A model generated the notes under the pieces. The model did not search any database. It was not told the origin of the DNA and saw nothing but the letters and a program-made list of their open reading frames with translations. Source: Methanocella sp. (GTDB taxonomy: Archaea > Thermoproteota > Bathyarchaeia > Bathyarchaeales > Bathycorpusculaceae). From it: 64,000 bases of DNA. Both the position numbers and the translations under genes were made by a program. This document shows positions 39,547 to 49,448 of this stretch, one piece after another. Within the stretch, counting starts at the first letter, position 1. Each line of letters begins with the position of its first letter. The DNA is taken from contig JBLNCY010000010.1 in NCBI GenBank assembly GCA_050261115.1, positions 113,757 to 177,756 of the forward strand, given 5' to 3'.

Positions 39547-40371
39547 TTAGACATCATAGCCCCTAGCTGTAACCATCCTTCCATTAATCACACGGGTCAT
39601 TGAGTTACCTACAACAATTGTGGTTACCATGTCGATTTCCTCATTAAGCATGTCCTTCAACGTAGTTATGGTGTAGGTTTGTCCCTCACGGCCAGCTTGA
39701 CGTACGATTCCCACTGGCGTGTCTGGCTTGATGTTTTTCATCATGATCTGGTATGCGTTGACGAGGGGTTCTGTGCGGCCTTGACTCTGCGGATTATAGA
39801 GAACGATTGAGACGTCAGCTTGAGCGGCCAATTCTATTCGGCTCCGAATTTTTTCCCAAGGCGTCAAGAGATCGCTTAAACTAATCACTGCGAAGTCACT
39901 GATGAGGGGTGCGCCAAGAATCGCTGACGCGGCGGTGGCTGCCGTTACGCCCGGCACGACTTCGACCTCGACTGGTTCTTTGTCTTTTGCTGCAACCTCT
40001 AGGACTACGCCTGCCATTCCGTAGACGCCGGGGTCACCGCTTGACACCATAACTACCGCTTTGCCCTCCTTGGCTTTATCTACTGCGGTTTGGGCGCGTT
40101 CCACTTCTTTGCCCATAGTTCCTGAAATTACTTCAGCGCCTTTTTTGATTAAGCACTCAATGAGTTTTATGTATGTGCCGTAACCTACGACGACGTCGGC
40201 GCACTCGATTTCAGTGCGGGCTTTGGGAGTCAAGTGTTCGCAGCTGCCGGGTCCGATACCGACGACGGCTACTCGCCCATGGCTACTGCTACTGTTACCC
40301 CGTTTAGCTTGGTCTTTTTTAGAATCAACTTTGCATTTGGTCCTGCTACTAGTAAGGCTGCTCGTTCGCAT
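39547..40371 (-). CDS. cbiH: Cobalt-precorrin-3B C17-methyltransferase; start ambiguous
   Basis: VVGIGPG, VVVGYGTY, SSGDPGVYGMA, ISLSDLLTPW, LYNP, TARGY. Confidence 0.93.
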   Translation of the reverse strand: MRTSSLTSSRTKCKVDSKKDQAKRGNSSSSHGRVAVVGIGPGSCEHLTPKARTEIECADVVVGYGTYIKLIECLIKKGAEVISGTMGKEVERAQTAVDKAKEGKAVVMVSSGDPGVYGMAGVVLEVAAKDKEPVEVEVVPGVTAATAASAILGAPLISDFAVISLSDLLTPWEKIRSRIELAAQADVSIVLYNPQSQGRTEPLVNAYQIMMKNIKPDTPVGIVRQAGREGQTYTITTLKDMLNEEIDMVTTIVVGNSMTRVINGRMVTARGYDV

Positions 40372-41354
40372 ACTCCTCCAATTCCAATTTTTGATTGTAC
40401 CATCGCCGAATCAGGCGAAAGGTCACTATATGTGACTGTGCGCAGTGCCTCCACACTTAGAAACTCTAGTGGGGCACCCAACTTGGAAACTGCATCTAGC
40501 ATCGGTTGAGAATCCCGCTTAATGTCCACGGTTGCAAAGGCGTTGACGCGCGAGAGGGGCACATGAATTTTCTCTAGCGCGGTGTCGACGGCTTGTATGA
40601 TGCTTTCTGCGCTGGATTCTTTGCGCGCCCCAAGCCCCACCACTAACTTGCGTGATTTCAGGATAGTGAAGGGTTTAGTAAATTTGGTGATAGTAAGCGG
40701 CTGGTCGGTGATAATGATACCCGCGTCAAAGCTGCCAAGAATGCTAAATGCCTCAGCGCCGTTTTGAGCGGTTCTTGTTTCGTATGCGGCAAGGGCGTCT
40801 GGAGGGACTTTTGCGTCGCCGACTAACACGACTACGATACGGTCGCCATTAACTATCGCCGAATTTAACGCCACAAGGCTGTCAGGGTTCTCGATTCTAA
40901 GATGTAGCCGTTTAGCTATCTCTTCTATGCTTTGTTTGCCCATAACGTCTGAGGCGGTGGTTATGACGGGTATAGCGTTGATGCCAGCGGCGATGATGTG
41001 AGTCAGGTCGTTTGCGCCTCCCAGATGACCTGAGAGTAGACTGATGACGAATTTGCCTTGGGCGTCCACGCCGACTATTGCCGGGTCAGTAAGTTTGCTC
41101 TCAAGCAGTGGCGCCACCGTCCGTATAGCAATACCCGTAGCCATAACCGCCACTATCCCATCCACTTGACTGTAAATGTTTCCAAAAACTTCTGGAAGCT
41201 TCTTCTCTAAAGGTACCATGCCAGTTTGGCTATACTTCGGGGGCACATAGACGGTTGCCTTAATCTGGGCTGACTCGAGGGCACGCCTAATTCTTTGGGC
41301 GGTCTCGACGCCTCGGCGAGTTAAGGCTACAACTGCTATGCCCCTTTCGTACAT
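40269..41354 (-). CDS. cbiG: Cobalt-precorrin-5A hydrolase
   Basis: MATGIAIR, SKLTDPA, ISLLSGHLGGAN, PVITTASD, GVCERAAL, VTVAVA. Confidence 0.94.
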   Translation of the reverse strand: MYERGIAVVALTRRGVETAQRIRRALESAQIKATVYVPPKYSQTGMVPLEKKLPEVFGNIYSQVDGIVAVMATGIAIRTVAPLLESKLTDPAIVGVDAQGKFVISLLSGHLGGANDLTHIIAAGINAIPVITTASDVMGKQSIEEIAKRLHLRIENPDSLVALNSAIVNGDRIVVVLVGDAKVPPDALAAYETRTAQNGAEAFSILGSFDAGIIITDQPLTITKFTKPFTILKSRKLVVGLGARKESSAESIIQAVDTALEKIHVPLSRVNAFATVDIKRDSQPMLDAVSKLGAPLEFLSVEALRTVTYSDLSPDSAMVQSKIGIGGVCERAALLVAGPNAKLILKKTKLNGVTVAVAMGE

Positions 41355-41356
41355 GG

Positions 41357-42121
41357 TTATTCTTCGCCTTTACGGAAGCCCGTTGTGAATTTTGGGTCAT
41401 AGAGTTTGGAGTAGTCGTAGGCTTGGGGGTCAAGAACGCGACCGACAAATATCAAGGCGGTTTCGGTTATGCCTGCAGCTTTGACTTTTCCTACAATGTC
41501 GCCTAGAGTGCCTTTGACTATTTTCTGTTCGGGCCAGGTGGCTTTGTAGACTACTTGGCAAGGTGTATCTTTGGGGTAGCCGCCGGCTTGGAGCTCCTCA
41601 ACGACTTTCTTAATGTGCGGCGTTCCAAGAAATATGACCATGGTGGCTTGGTGTACGGCGAGTTTGCGAAGGCTTTCGGCTTCGGGGACGGGGGTTCGGC
41701 CCTCAGGTCGTGTGATGATTACTGTCTGGGATATGTTGGGTAGGGTTAATTCGCGGTTTAGTGCCGCGGCGCCTCCAAGGAGACAGCTGATACCTGGGAT
41801 GCGGAAGTACTCAATTCCCTCTTTGTCTAGAGCCGTCATGACCTCTTGAATGGCACCATAAAAGCTCGGGTCGCCATCATGCAGCCGCACCACACGTTTG
41901 CCCGCTTTGACACCTTCGACCATGACCTTTAGCATTTCGGGCAAACCCATCTTTGCGCTGTCGTAGAGTTCGGCGTCTGGTTTGCAGTACTTGAGGTATT
42001 CGGGGTTGAGTAGGCTGCCTGTGTAGACGACTACGTCGGCTTGCTCAAGCCATTTTTTGCCTTTCAAGGTGATGAGTTCAGGGTCGCCTGAGCCTGCACC
42101 GATAAAAACAACTTTATTCAA
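41357..42121 (-). CDS. cbiF: Cobalt-precorrin-4 C11-methyltransferase
   Basis: FIGAGSGDPELITLKG, YTGSL, RLHDGDPSFYGAI.E, SQTVIITR, KATWPE, SKLYD; TTG at 42121. Confidence 0.95.
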   Translation of the reverse strand: MNKVVFIGAGSGDPELITLKGKKWLEQADVVVYTGSLLNPEYLKYCKPDAELYDSAKMGLPEMLKVMVEGVKAGKRVVRLHDGDPSFYGAIQEVMTALDKEGIEYFRIPGISCLLGGAAALNRELTLPNISQTVIITRPEGRTPVPEAESLRKLAVHQATMVIFLGTPHIKKVVEELQAGGYPKDTPCQVVYKATWPEQKIVKGTLGDIVGKVKAAGITETALIFVGRVLDPQAYDYSKLYDPKFTTGFRKGEE

Positions 42122-42887
42122 TCTTTGACACACTTCCGTTCTGTTTCCAGTGAATAGGAACCTGACTTTTCTTAACAATAGCCACCGAGAAGTAATCCTC
42201 CTTAACATCCCAGCCCTCGACATCGCCAAGTTTACCGACCATAACCTTCTCCTCCGCCAGAGTACAGCGTTTAACCAACGCTACAGTTGAATCTTTGGTG
42301 AAGCCTGCTCTGAGTAGGATGGGGATGTATTCTTTTATGCGGTAGGCGCATTTCATAAAGACAAGGTTCTCGGCGTGTTTGGCGACTTCTGCTAAGCGGT
42401 CTGCTTTGAGGTCGGCGGGTATGATGGTGACGACTTCGTCTTGCTCTGCGAGCGGCAGTTTGGATCTTGCGGCGACTGCGGTGAGGGAGGTTACGCCAGG
42501 GATGATTTCTAGCTCGATTTGGGGGTAGCTTTCTTTTAGGTATTCATAGAGGTAGAGGAATGTGCTGTACAGCATGGGGTCGCCAAGCGTGATGAAGGCG
42601 ACGTCGCCTTGCTTGACTTTGGCGGTGACTATCACAGCGTTTTCTGCCCAGAGCTTTCGGTTGTTTAGGTCATCTCGGCTCATGGGAAAAACGAGCTCTA
42701 GGATTTCGGCGGGGTTTGTCCGTTCACCAAGTATGGGTTTAATCATGCCTAGTGCCATACTGGGTCTGTTTGGGTGGGACTTGGGTACGCAGATAGTGTC
42801 CACTGATTTGAGGGTTTTTGCTGCTTTGAGGGTGAGTAATTCGGGGTCGCCTGGACCTACACCGATTCCGATAAAAACGCCGACCAA
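42114..42887 (-). CDS. cbiL: Cobalt-precorrin-2 C20-methyltransferase
   Basis: GIGVGPGDPELLTLKA, FPMS, TLGDPMLYSTF, IPGVTS, YFS. Confidence 0.93.
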   Translation of the reverse strand: MVGVFIGIGVGPGDPELLTLKAAKTLKSVDTICVPKSHPNRPSMALGMIKPILGERTNPAEILELVFPMSRDDLNNRKLWAENAVIVTAKVKQGDVAFITLGDPMLYSTFLYLYEYLKESYPQIELEIIPGVTSLTAVAARSKLPLAEQDEVVTIIPADLKADRLAEVAKHAENLVFMKCAYRIKEYIPILLRAGFTKDSTVALVKRCTLAEEKVMVGKLGDVEGWDVKEDYFSVAIVKKSQVPIHWKQNGSVSKIE

Positions 42888-42899
42888 ACATTTCTTCTC

Positions 42900-43514
42900 C
42901 TATAGTTTTGTTGCTGAAATCACCGTTATGGGGTTGCGGGCGGTCATCATGGTTCCGCTGGGGGTCTGTTTGCCTTTGGCGACTTGAATGCTTGCTATGT
43001 CGATGTCTTGGTAGCCTAAGGCTTTGAGCTCCGAGATTGCGGTTGCCGCCGTTTCGAGTTGGATTGCGTTTATGACGATTCTGCCGGTGGGTTTGAGTTT
43101 GTAGTGAGCTGTTTGGATGATGGTTCGGAGGTTTGCGCCTCCTCCGCCGATGAATATGGCGTCTGCGTTGGGCATGCTTATAAGCGCTTCAGGTGCACGC
43201 GCCTTTGAAACCGCCACCGTGTTTTCGACGCCGAATTTCTGCACATTACTCTTGGTTAGGGTGACTGCTGCTTCGTTTTCGTCTATGGCGTAGACTCTGC
43301 CTTTGCCTCCCACTTGTAGTGCCGCTTCAACGGTTAATCCTCCTGTGCCGCAGCCTACGTCAATGACTGTGTTCCCGTCGTTGAGTCGGGCTTTGGCTAT
43401 GGTGACGACTCGGACTTCCTCTTTAGTGGGTCCCGGCACAGCCTCACCCTGATTGAAGCACTCGTCAGGTATTCCCGGTGTTTTGTATGCCCAGTTTCTA
43501 GCCATATACTTCAT
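42900..43514 (-). CDS. cbiT: Cobalt-precorrin-6B C15-methyltransferase (decarboxylating)
   Basis: PGIPD..F, PTKEEVR, DVGCGTG, FIGGG, ARNPIT. Confidence 0.94.
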   Translation of the reverse strand: MKYMARNWAYKTPGIPDECFNQGEAVPGPTKEEVRVVTIAKARLNDGNTVIDVGCGTGGLTVEAALQVGGKGRVYAIDENEAAVTLTKSNVQKFGVENTVAVSKARAPEALISMPNADAIFIGGGGANLRTIIQTAHYKLKPTGRIVINAIQLETAATAISELKALGYQDIDIASIQVAKGKQTPSGTMMTARNPITVISATKL

Positions 43515-44178
43515 GTCCCGTTGGTTGTTTGATTACCATAACTGAGAGGGCGCCGAAGGTTTGCCCCTGCAACCTCTCAAGAGACATCATGGTTACTCTT
43601 TCATTCTCCAAAGTCAGGTTCTCACAGACCACGACTTGGGTTTCTTTGTCTGCGTCGCGTTGAAGCAGAAACGCCGCAATATCCTTAGGCGCAAAGCCTC
43701 TCGCGTCAGGCAACAGCAGGATCGTGTTTCCGCGCTGGTATGCCTGGAGCAGTTTCTCTTTCTGGTCTTCTGTTACTTGCCCTTCATGGAATGTAAAGAG
43801 CCTAGCGCTTTCCCAGTTAAGGCGTAATCGGGCTGCGCATACCTGAATGGAACTGACACCAGGAACCACATTGATCTGTTCTGGGCTAAATAAGCCGCTT
43901 TCTTGCACAGTGTGCAGTAGCCCTGAGAATCCGGGGTCGCCTGTTGACAGCAATGCGACGGTTTTGCCAGCCTTTACGGCTTCTGATGTCGCTTTGAGGG
44001 TTTCGGCGAGGTTTTTAGCGGTTAAAACCATCTTTTCGCCTTTTATGTCGCCCTCAAAGAGGCTAAGACTTCTCTGTGCACCGATAACCAGCTGTGCCTG
44101 CAGAACGCAATTTCTTGCAGCGGGGGTAATGTAGTCCGCCGAACCCGGGCCAACGCCGACTATGTCAAGTTTTCCCAA
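43498..44178 (-). CDS. cbiE: Cobalt-precorrin-7 C5-methyltransferase
   Basis: IVGVGPG, STGDPGFSG, PGVSSIQ..AAR, CENLT..NE. Confidence 0.93.
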   Translation of the reverse strand: MGKLDIVGVGPGSADYITPAARNCVLQAQLVIGAQRSLSLFEGDIKGEKMVLTAKNLAETLKATSEAVKAGKTVALLSTGDPGFSGLLHTVQESGLFSPEQINVVPGVSSIQVCAARLRLNWESARLFTFHEGQVTEDQKEKLLQAYQRGNTILLLPDARGFAPKDIAAFLLQRDADKETQVVVCENLTLENERVTMMSLERLQGQTFGALSVMVIKQPTGHEVYG

Positions 44179-45260
44179 GGCCTATCCCTCTTTGCGTTTT
44201 GATCCATACCCAACACGGTGCCATCCATGGCAACGATAACAACACTAAACTTCACTTTATGATCCACCCGATCGCTGACCTGCTTATGGACACGCTCGGC
44301 AATCAGGTCGTAGGTGGCTTCCACAAGATTTGCGTGGCGCAGGATTTCGGTTGCTTCATCAGTGGTGTTTGCCTCAAGGAGTTCTTTGACGATGGTTTGT
44401 GTTGCTCCTGCTGCAGCCGCGTAGGCTGCTATGACCTCATTTCGAGCGTCACCCATTTTGTGGTGGGTGTTGAAGAGCCTCGCGGCGAGCTTGACAAGTT
44501 TCCCCGAGTGACCGATGAAGATAATTTCTTTGACTCCTTTTTCGGCGGCTTTGTCAAGCATGTAGCCGACGAAGTCGCAGGTCTGCACTATCGCATCCTC
44601 TGGAGCGCTGAATTTCTCTTTGGCTATGCGTTCACCGATGCTGCCTGGCACAAAAATCAGCCGCTTGTACCCTCTTGCGAGGGCGACGTCGATTTGGGGC
44701 ACCATGGATCTTCGGCATGCCTCCACCGAGAGGGGCTTAACGACGCCTGTGGTGCCTAGGATGGATATGCCGCCTTTGATGCCCAATTTAGCGTTAGTGG
44801 TTTTCTTAGCTATATTCGCGCCTTCCGGTGCGCTTATGGTTACTACGGCGCCTTTTCCTTGGGGGAGAACTTCTTTGACGGCTTCTGTTATCATGGCTCG
44901 TGGAACTGGGTTGATGGCGCCTTCGCCAATCGGAACCTGCAAACCCGCCTTGGTGACGACGCCTATGCCTTCCCCGTTTCGGATGGTGATTTTGCCGTCG
45001 TCGGTTAGTTTAACGGTTGCTACTATGTCCATTTTATCGGTGGCATCGATGTCTTGACCTGCGTCCTTTACGGCGACGGCCAGGGCGGTGTCAGCGGTGA
45101 TTCTTTTGGTGGTTTTTATGGGTAGCTCGAATCTGATGCCGATGGGGGTTGGGATAACGACGCGGTTAACCTCTCCACTCAATAATACCGTTGCTGCGGC
45201 TTTGGCTGCTGCGGCCGCCGTGGCACCCGTTGATAGACCGAACTTCAAAAACCGCGCCAA
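44160..45260 (-). CDS. cbiD: Cobalt-precorrin-5B C1-methyltransferase
   Basis: G.STGATAAAAAKAA, KDAGQD.DAT, AINPVPR, LGIKGGISILGTTG, GKLVKLA. Confidence 0.96.
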   Translation of the reverse strand: MARFLKFGLSTGATAAAAAKAAATVLLSGEVNRVVIPTPIGIRFELPIKTTKRITADTALAVAVKDAGQDIDATDKMDIVATVKLTDDGKITIRNGEGIGVVTKAGLQVPIGEGAINPVPRAMITEAVKEVLPQGKGAVVTISAPEGANIAKKTTNAKLGIKGGISILGTTGVVKPLSVEACRRSMVPQIDVALARGYKRLIFVPGSIGERIAKEKFSAPEDAIVQTCDFVGYMLDKAAEKGVKEIIFIGHSGKLVKLAARLFNTHHKMGDARNEVIAAYAAAAGATQTIVKELLEANTTDEATEILRHANLVEATYDLIAERVHKQVSDRVDHKVKFSVVIVAMDGTVLGMDQNAKRDRPWENLT

Positions 45261-45274
45261 ACCCTTCTTCTCCT

Positions 45275-46348
45275 TTAACCGTAGAGTTTTCCTTCCGCTT
45301 TAGTAAGTAACGCGTTGAAGATCGCGACTGCGATGGTGCTGCCGCCTTTGCGGCCACGCGTAACGATATAGGGCACTGGTAGGTTGGCGATGGTATCTTT
45401 GGATTCGGCGGCGCCTACAAACCCCACTGGAACCGCCACAATCAGAGCCGGCTTAACTTTTCCTTCCCTGATTTGGGCTGCAAGTTCAAGGGCTGCTGTT
45501 GGAGCGTTACCGATTAGCACGATGCCGCCGTCTAAGCCATCCTCTATGGCTAACCTCATAGCTGCTGCGGACCGGGTAAGGTCCTCTTTTCTGGCGAGCT
45601 CCATTACGCGGCAGTCATTCATATAGGTCTGAACTTGAGTGCCGAACTTTTTGAGGCGCGCAGCGTTAATGCCTGCTTTAATCATTTTGACGTCGCTTAC
45701 AACTTTGGCGCCTGCTTTAATTGCGGCTACACCCGCTTGGACCGCGTTTGGGCTAATAACAATGAGCTTTGCAAACTCGGGGTCAGCTGTTGTGTGGACA
45801 ACCCGCTCCACAATGGCTATGTCGTCTGGCGGGGATTTTGCTAATTCTTCTCCTATGGCTTCTCGGATAAGCAACATGGACTTATCGACGATTTTTCCCG
45901 CTTCAGGAACTGAGTATGCGTCGAGAATTTCGCTGTCTTTTTTTAGTTCGCAGCCTAACGCTTTGAGTGCTTTCTCTTCGAGGATGTCTGCGATGCGTTC
46001 ATCGCTGCCTAAGGGTTCGCCATAGAGGAGTTCCACGCCTTTGGATTTTAGCTGGGGCTCTTTTTCTTTAACTCCGATGAGTCCAGGGATGTCCTGTGTT
46101 GTATGGACTCCTGGCGCTAGGAAGGCTGGAACCAAAACAATCTTTGAAACTCCGCTTGTTGCTATGCTGTCGATGGCTTCCTCGACGGTTGGGGTGTCCC
46201 GTATCATAAATGCAATCGAAACCGTTTGGAATTTTTTTCTAAGGCGAATGATTTCTGCTAGTTTTTCAAGGTTCTCACGGTTATGGGGCAGTTTGCTTCC
46301 ATGCCCAATGAGGATTAATCCAGCAGTTTTTGATGCGGGTTTTAACAA
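45275..46348 (-). CDS. cbiXC: Fused sirohydrochlorin cobaltochelatase (short CbiX) and cobalt-precorrin-8 methylmutase (CbiC)
   Basis: N-half GHGS, P.FLAPGVH...DIP, EPLG; C-half RVVHTTAD, TRSAAA, IGNAPTA, PVGFVGAAESK, GRKGGS; start near 46348 uncertain. Confidence 0.92.
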   Translation of the reverse strand: MLKPASKTAGLILIGHGSKLPHNRENLEKLAEIIRLRKKFQTVSIAFMIRDTPTVEEAIDSIATSGVSKIVLVPAFLAPGVHTTQDIPGLIGVKEKEPQLKSKGVELLYGEPLGSDERIADILEEKALKALGCELKKDSEILDAYSVPEAGKIVDKSMLLIREAIGEELAKSPPDDIAIVERVVHTTADPEFAKLIVISPNAVQAGVAAIKAGAKVVSDVKMIKAGINAARLKKFGTQVQTYMNDCRVMELARKEDLTRSAAAMRLAIEDGLDGGIVLIGNAPTAALELAAQIREGKVKPALIVAVPVGFVGAAESKDTIANLPVPYIVTRGRKGGSTIAVAIFNALLTKAEGKLYG

Positions 46349-46349
46349 G

Positions 46350-47651
46350 TTATTTTTTCTCCGGTTTTTCAAGCAGTCTAGCCACAGCATCTATGGCTTG
46401 TTTATCCCCGTTTTTTGCGGCTAATCTTAGATTCTCAATTAGGGGGATATATGTCTGTTTAAGTATGATGGTTGTTAAATCGTTTAGGATTCTTTTTTGA
46501 CGTTCATCTAGCTGGCCCATCATGGCTGTTGCAGTTGCGAGTTCTCTTTTCCTTATTTGTTCAGCTTTAGAGAGGAGTGCGGACGCGATTAGGCGTATGC
46601 TTAGGCTTTTGACGTCCTCTTCAAGAAGCACGCGTTCCTTGTCGATAATGGCTTGTGCCTGTTCTATGGCGGCTTTTCGTTGAGCCCTGTTTGTGTCTGC
46701 AATCAGCTTTAAGTCATCTATATTGTAGAGCTTAACGCCTTGGACTTCAGTTACGTTTTTCTCGACGTTTCGGGGGTTTGATATGTCGATAATTACCATT
46801 GGGCTGGGGTTTTGGCGCTCGTTCATCAATCGTGTGATTATTTCTTTAGTAAGCAAATAGTGGGGCGCCGAAGTAGCACAAATGACTACGTCAGCGTCTG
46901 CCATAACCTCATCAAACCTGTCCCAACGAACCGCTTGTCCTGAGAGTTCCTCTGCAAGCTTGACTGCACGATCGTAGGTGCGGTTAGCAATAAAAATGGG
47001 GCTCAGGCAGCGTCTTGCCATAGCCTTGGCTACTAGGGTGCCGATTTCTCCAGCGCCCATTATGAGGATTTTTTTGTTTTCCAGGTGGTCAATCAACTTG
47101 ACCGCTAATTCTACTGCAGCTGAGCCAATAGATACGGCTCCCTTGTTGATTCCGGTTTCGCTGCGAACTTTCCTGCCTACCGAGACTGCTCGAGTAAAGA
47201 GGAGTTTGAGGATGGGGCCGATTGTTTTTTCTTTGTCGGCTTCTATGTAGGCGTTCCAGGCTTGGTTTAGGATTTGGTCTTCGCCTATAACCATGGATTC
47301 CATGCCTGCGGTAACTCGGAGTAAGTGATTGATTGCCTCGTTATCGATTGAGCTTTCTATTGCTTGGAATGCTTCTTGCGCTTGGTCGCCAGCTCTATTA
47401 GCTAAAAAATTTTTGGTTATGTCTATTAGGTTTTCTGTTTCTTCTGCTACGAGGTAAATTTCGATGCGGTTGCAGGTTTGCAGGTAGAGGCATTCTTCTA
47501 CGCCCTCTATCGTGCGTAGTTCTGTGAGGGCTTGGGTTTTGTCTTGATAGGCGACTGCCTCCATGAGGGGAACACGTGCTGTTTTATGCGTTATTCTTAT
47601 GTTAAGTACGTGATCGACCTTCCTAGAGGCATTCATGGTTGGATAAACCAT
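46350..47651 (-). CDS. hemA: Glutamyl-tRNA reductase
   Basis: THKTA, QTCNRIEIY, SMVIGEDQILNQ, GAGEIG, ANRT, DISNPRNV. Confidence 0.96.
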   Translation of the reverse strand: MVYPTMNASRKVDHVLNIRITHKTARVPLMEAVAYQDKTQALTELRTIEGVEECLYLQTCNRIEIYLVAEETENLIDITKNFLANRAGDQAQEAFQAIESSIDNEAINHLLRVTAGMESMVIGEDQILNQAWNAYIEADKEKTIGPILKLLFTRAVSVGRKVRSETGINKGAVSIGSAAVELAVKLIDHLENKKILIMGAGEIGTLVAKAMARRCLSPIFIANRTYDRAVKLAEELSGQAVRWDRFDEVMADADVVICATSAPHYLLTKEIITRLMNERQNPSPMVIIDISNPRNVEKNVTEVQGVKLYNIDDLKLIADTNRAQRKAAIEQAQAIIDKERVLLEEDVKSLSIRLIASALLSKAEQIRKRELATATAMMGQLDERQKRILNDLTTIILKQTYIPLIENLRLAAKNGDKQAIDAVARLLEKPEKK

Positions 47652-47814
47652 CCACCTTAAATATAACGTTTGTGGTAATTACCATCAAGGTGCCACTAGA
47701 CGACAGCACAAGCAACCCATCGCAAACTAACCACAAATATCTATCCTTTCGGAGCAGGACTCAAAAACCTCATAACCAACCACACCCTTAACGCTCTATA
47801 AGAGGGGCCCCAAA

Positions 47815-48471
47815 TTGTTGATTGACCTAAAACTCAACGGCAAAACAGTCATGGTGATAGGAGGCGGCGCAGAAGCCTACCGCAAAACCCAAAGCTTCCT
47901 AGACTCAGGCGCCACCATATGGTTAATCAGCAAAGAATTCTCCAAAGAAGTCCTCCAACTGGGAGAAACCAAAAAAGTCGCCCTACTCAAAACCGAAATC
48001 AAAGACGCCAAAACATTCATAGAAAACCTAAACCCCAAACCTGACGTGCTCCTAGCAGCCACAGACAACAGCAAACTAAATCTTGAACTCGTCAAAGCAG
48101 CAAAAACCTACGGCTCCACAGTCTACGCCGTAGATAACCCTGCAATAAGCGATTTCATTCTACCTGCCGTTGCCCGCGTAGGAGATGTAAAGATAGCTGT
48201 TTCCACCGGCGGCAAAAGCCCTGCCATGGCACACCTCCTACGGGAACGCATTGAGAAACTCGTTACGCCCCTTGATTTGCTCGAGATACAACTCCAAGAA
48301 AAAATACGCCCCCAGCTAAAAAACCGTATAGCTGACCCGAAGGTGCGAAGCAAAACACTATATGATATCCTCAATAGTGTAGAAGTAAAAGCCGCTTTGA
48401 TGGAAGGGCAAATTTCTGAAGCCGAAGAATTGGCTTTGCAATTAATCCAAAAGGATGAGGTAAAACAATGA
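47815..48471 (+). CDS. sirC: Precorrin-2 dehydrogenase (SirC / CysG N-terminal type)
   Basis: VIGGG.EA.RK, AATD...N, VDNP..SDF..PA, VSTGGKSP. Confidence 0.92.
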   Translation: MLIDLKLNGKTVMVIGGGAEAYRKTQSFLDSGATIWLISKEFSKEVLQLGETKKVALLKTEIKDAKTFIENLNPKPDVLLAATDNSKLNLELVKAAKTYGSTVYAVDNPAISDFILPAVARVGDVKIAVSTGGKSPAMAHLLRERIEKLVTPLDLLEIQLQEKIRPQLKNRIADPKVRSKTLYDILNSVEVKAALMEGQISEAEELALQLIQKDEVKQ

Positions 48472-49448
48472 CTTTTCCGACTGTAAGGATGAGAAGACTT
48501 CGAAGAACCCAAGCATTAAGAGACATGCTAAATCCCCTGAACCTGTCTGCGAGTCATCTGATTTATCCAATTTTTGTCGAAGAAGGCATAGATGCGCCTG
48601 TGCCTATCAACTCCATGCCCGGCTACAGTCGCCTACCACTCGCAATGGTAGCGGAGGAGGGCAAATATGCCCTAGCGCAAGGCTGCAAGGGCGTCCTTCT
48701 CTTTGGCATACCCGCAGAGAAAGATGAAGTGGGCACTCAGGCCTACGCTAAAGAGGGCATCGTCCAGAGAGCCATTCGGGAACTTAAAAAAGCACACGGC
48801 CCCGACCTCGTGATTATCGGTGATGTTTGCCTCTGCGAGTACATGAGCCATGGGCACTGCGGCATAGTCAAAGACGGTGAAATCCAAAATGACGCCACTC
48901 TGGAGTTGCTGGGCAAAACTGCGGTTAGCTATGCCGAGGCAGGAGTAGACATTGTTGCGCCCTCTGCCATGATGGATGGCCAAATCGGTGCTATCCGTGA
49001 GGCACTTGACCAAGCAGGATACGAGCAGAATCCAATTTTGGCTTATTCTGCGAAGTATGCTTCGGGCTTCTATGGCCCCTTCCGGGAAGCCGCCGAGTCA
49101 ACCCCCAAGTTCGGTGACCGCCGCAGCTATCAGATGAATCCGGGCAGCCAAGTCGAGGCGCTCCGAGAAATAGAGCTGGACATTGCTGAGGGTGCGGATA
49201 TGATTATGATTAAGCCTGCCTTGGCGTATCTTGACGTTATCGCTTTGGCTAAGGCTAATTTTAATATGCCCATCGTTGCCTACAACGTGAGCGGCGAGTA
49301 CAGTATGGTGAAAGCCGCCGCCGAGAAGGGCTGGATAGACGAGAAAACCATAACCCGCGAAATCCTGCTTGGCATCAAACGTGCAGGCGCCGACCTCATC
49401 ATAACCTATCACGCTAAAGACGCAAAATCATGGTTGAATCAGCCTTGA
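48468..49448 (+). CDS. hemB: Porphobilinogen synthase
   Basis: RMRRLR, DVCLCEY..HGHCG, APSAMMDG, FYGPFREA, IKPA, YNVSGEY. Confidence 0.98.
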   Translation: MTFPTVRMRRLRRTQALRDMLNPLNLSASHLIYPIFVEEGIDAPVPINSMPGYSRLPLAMVAEEGKYALAQGCKGVLLFGIPAEKDEVGTQAYAKEGIVQRAIRELKKAHGPDLVIIGDVCLCEYMSHGHCGIVKDGEIQNDATLELLGKTAVSYAEAGVDIVAPSAMMDGQIGAIREALDQAGYEQNPILAYSAKYASGFYGPFREAAESTPKFGDRRSYQMNPGSQVEALREIELDIAEGADMIMIKPALAYLDVIALAKANFNMPIVAYNVSGEYSMVKAAAEKGWIDEKTITREILLGIKRAGADLIITYHAKDAKSWLNQP

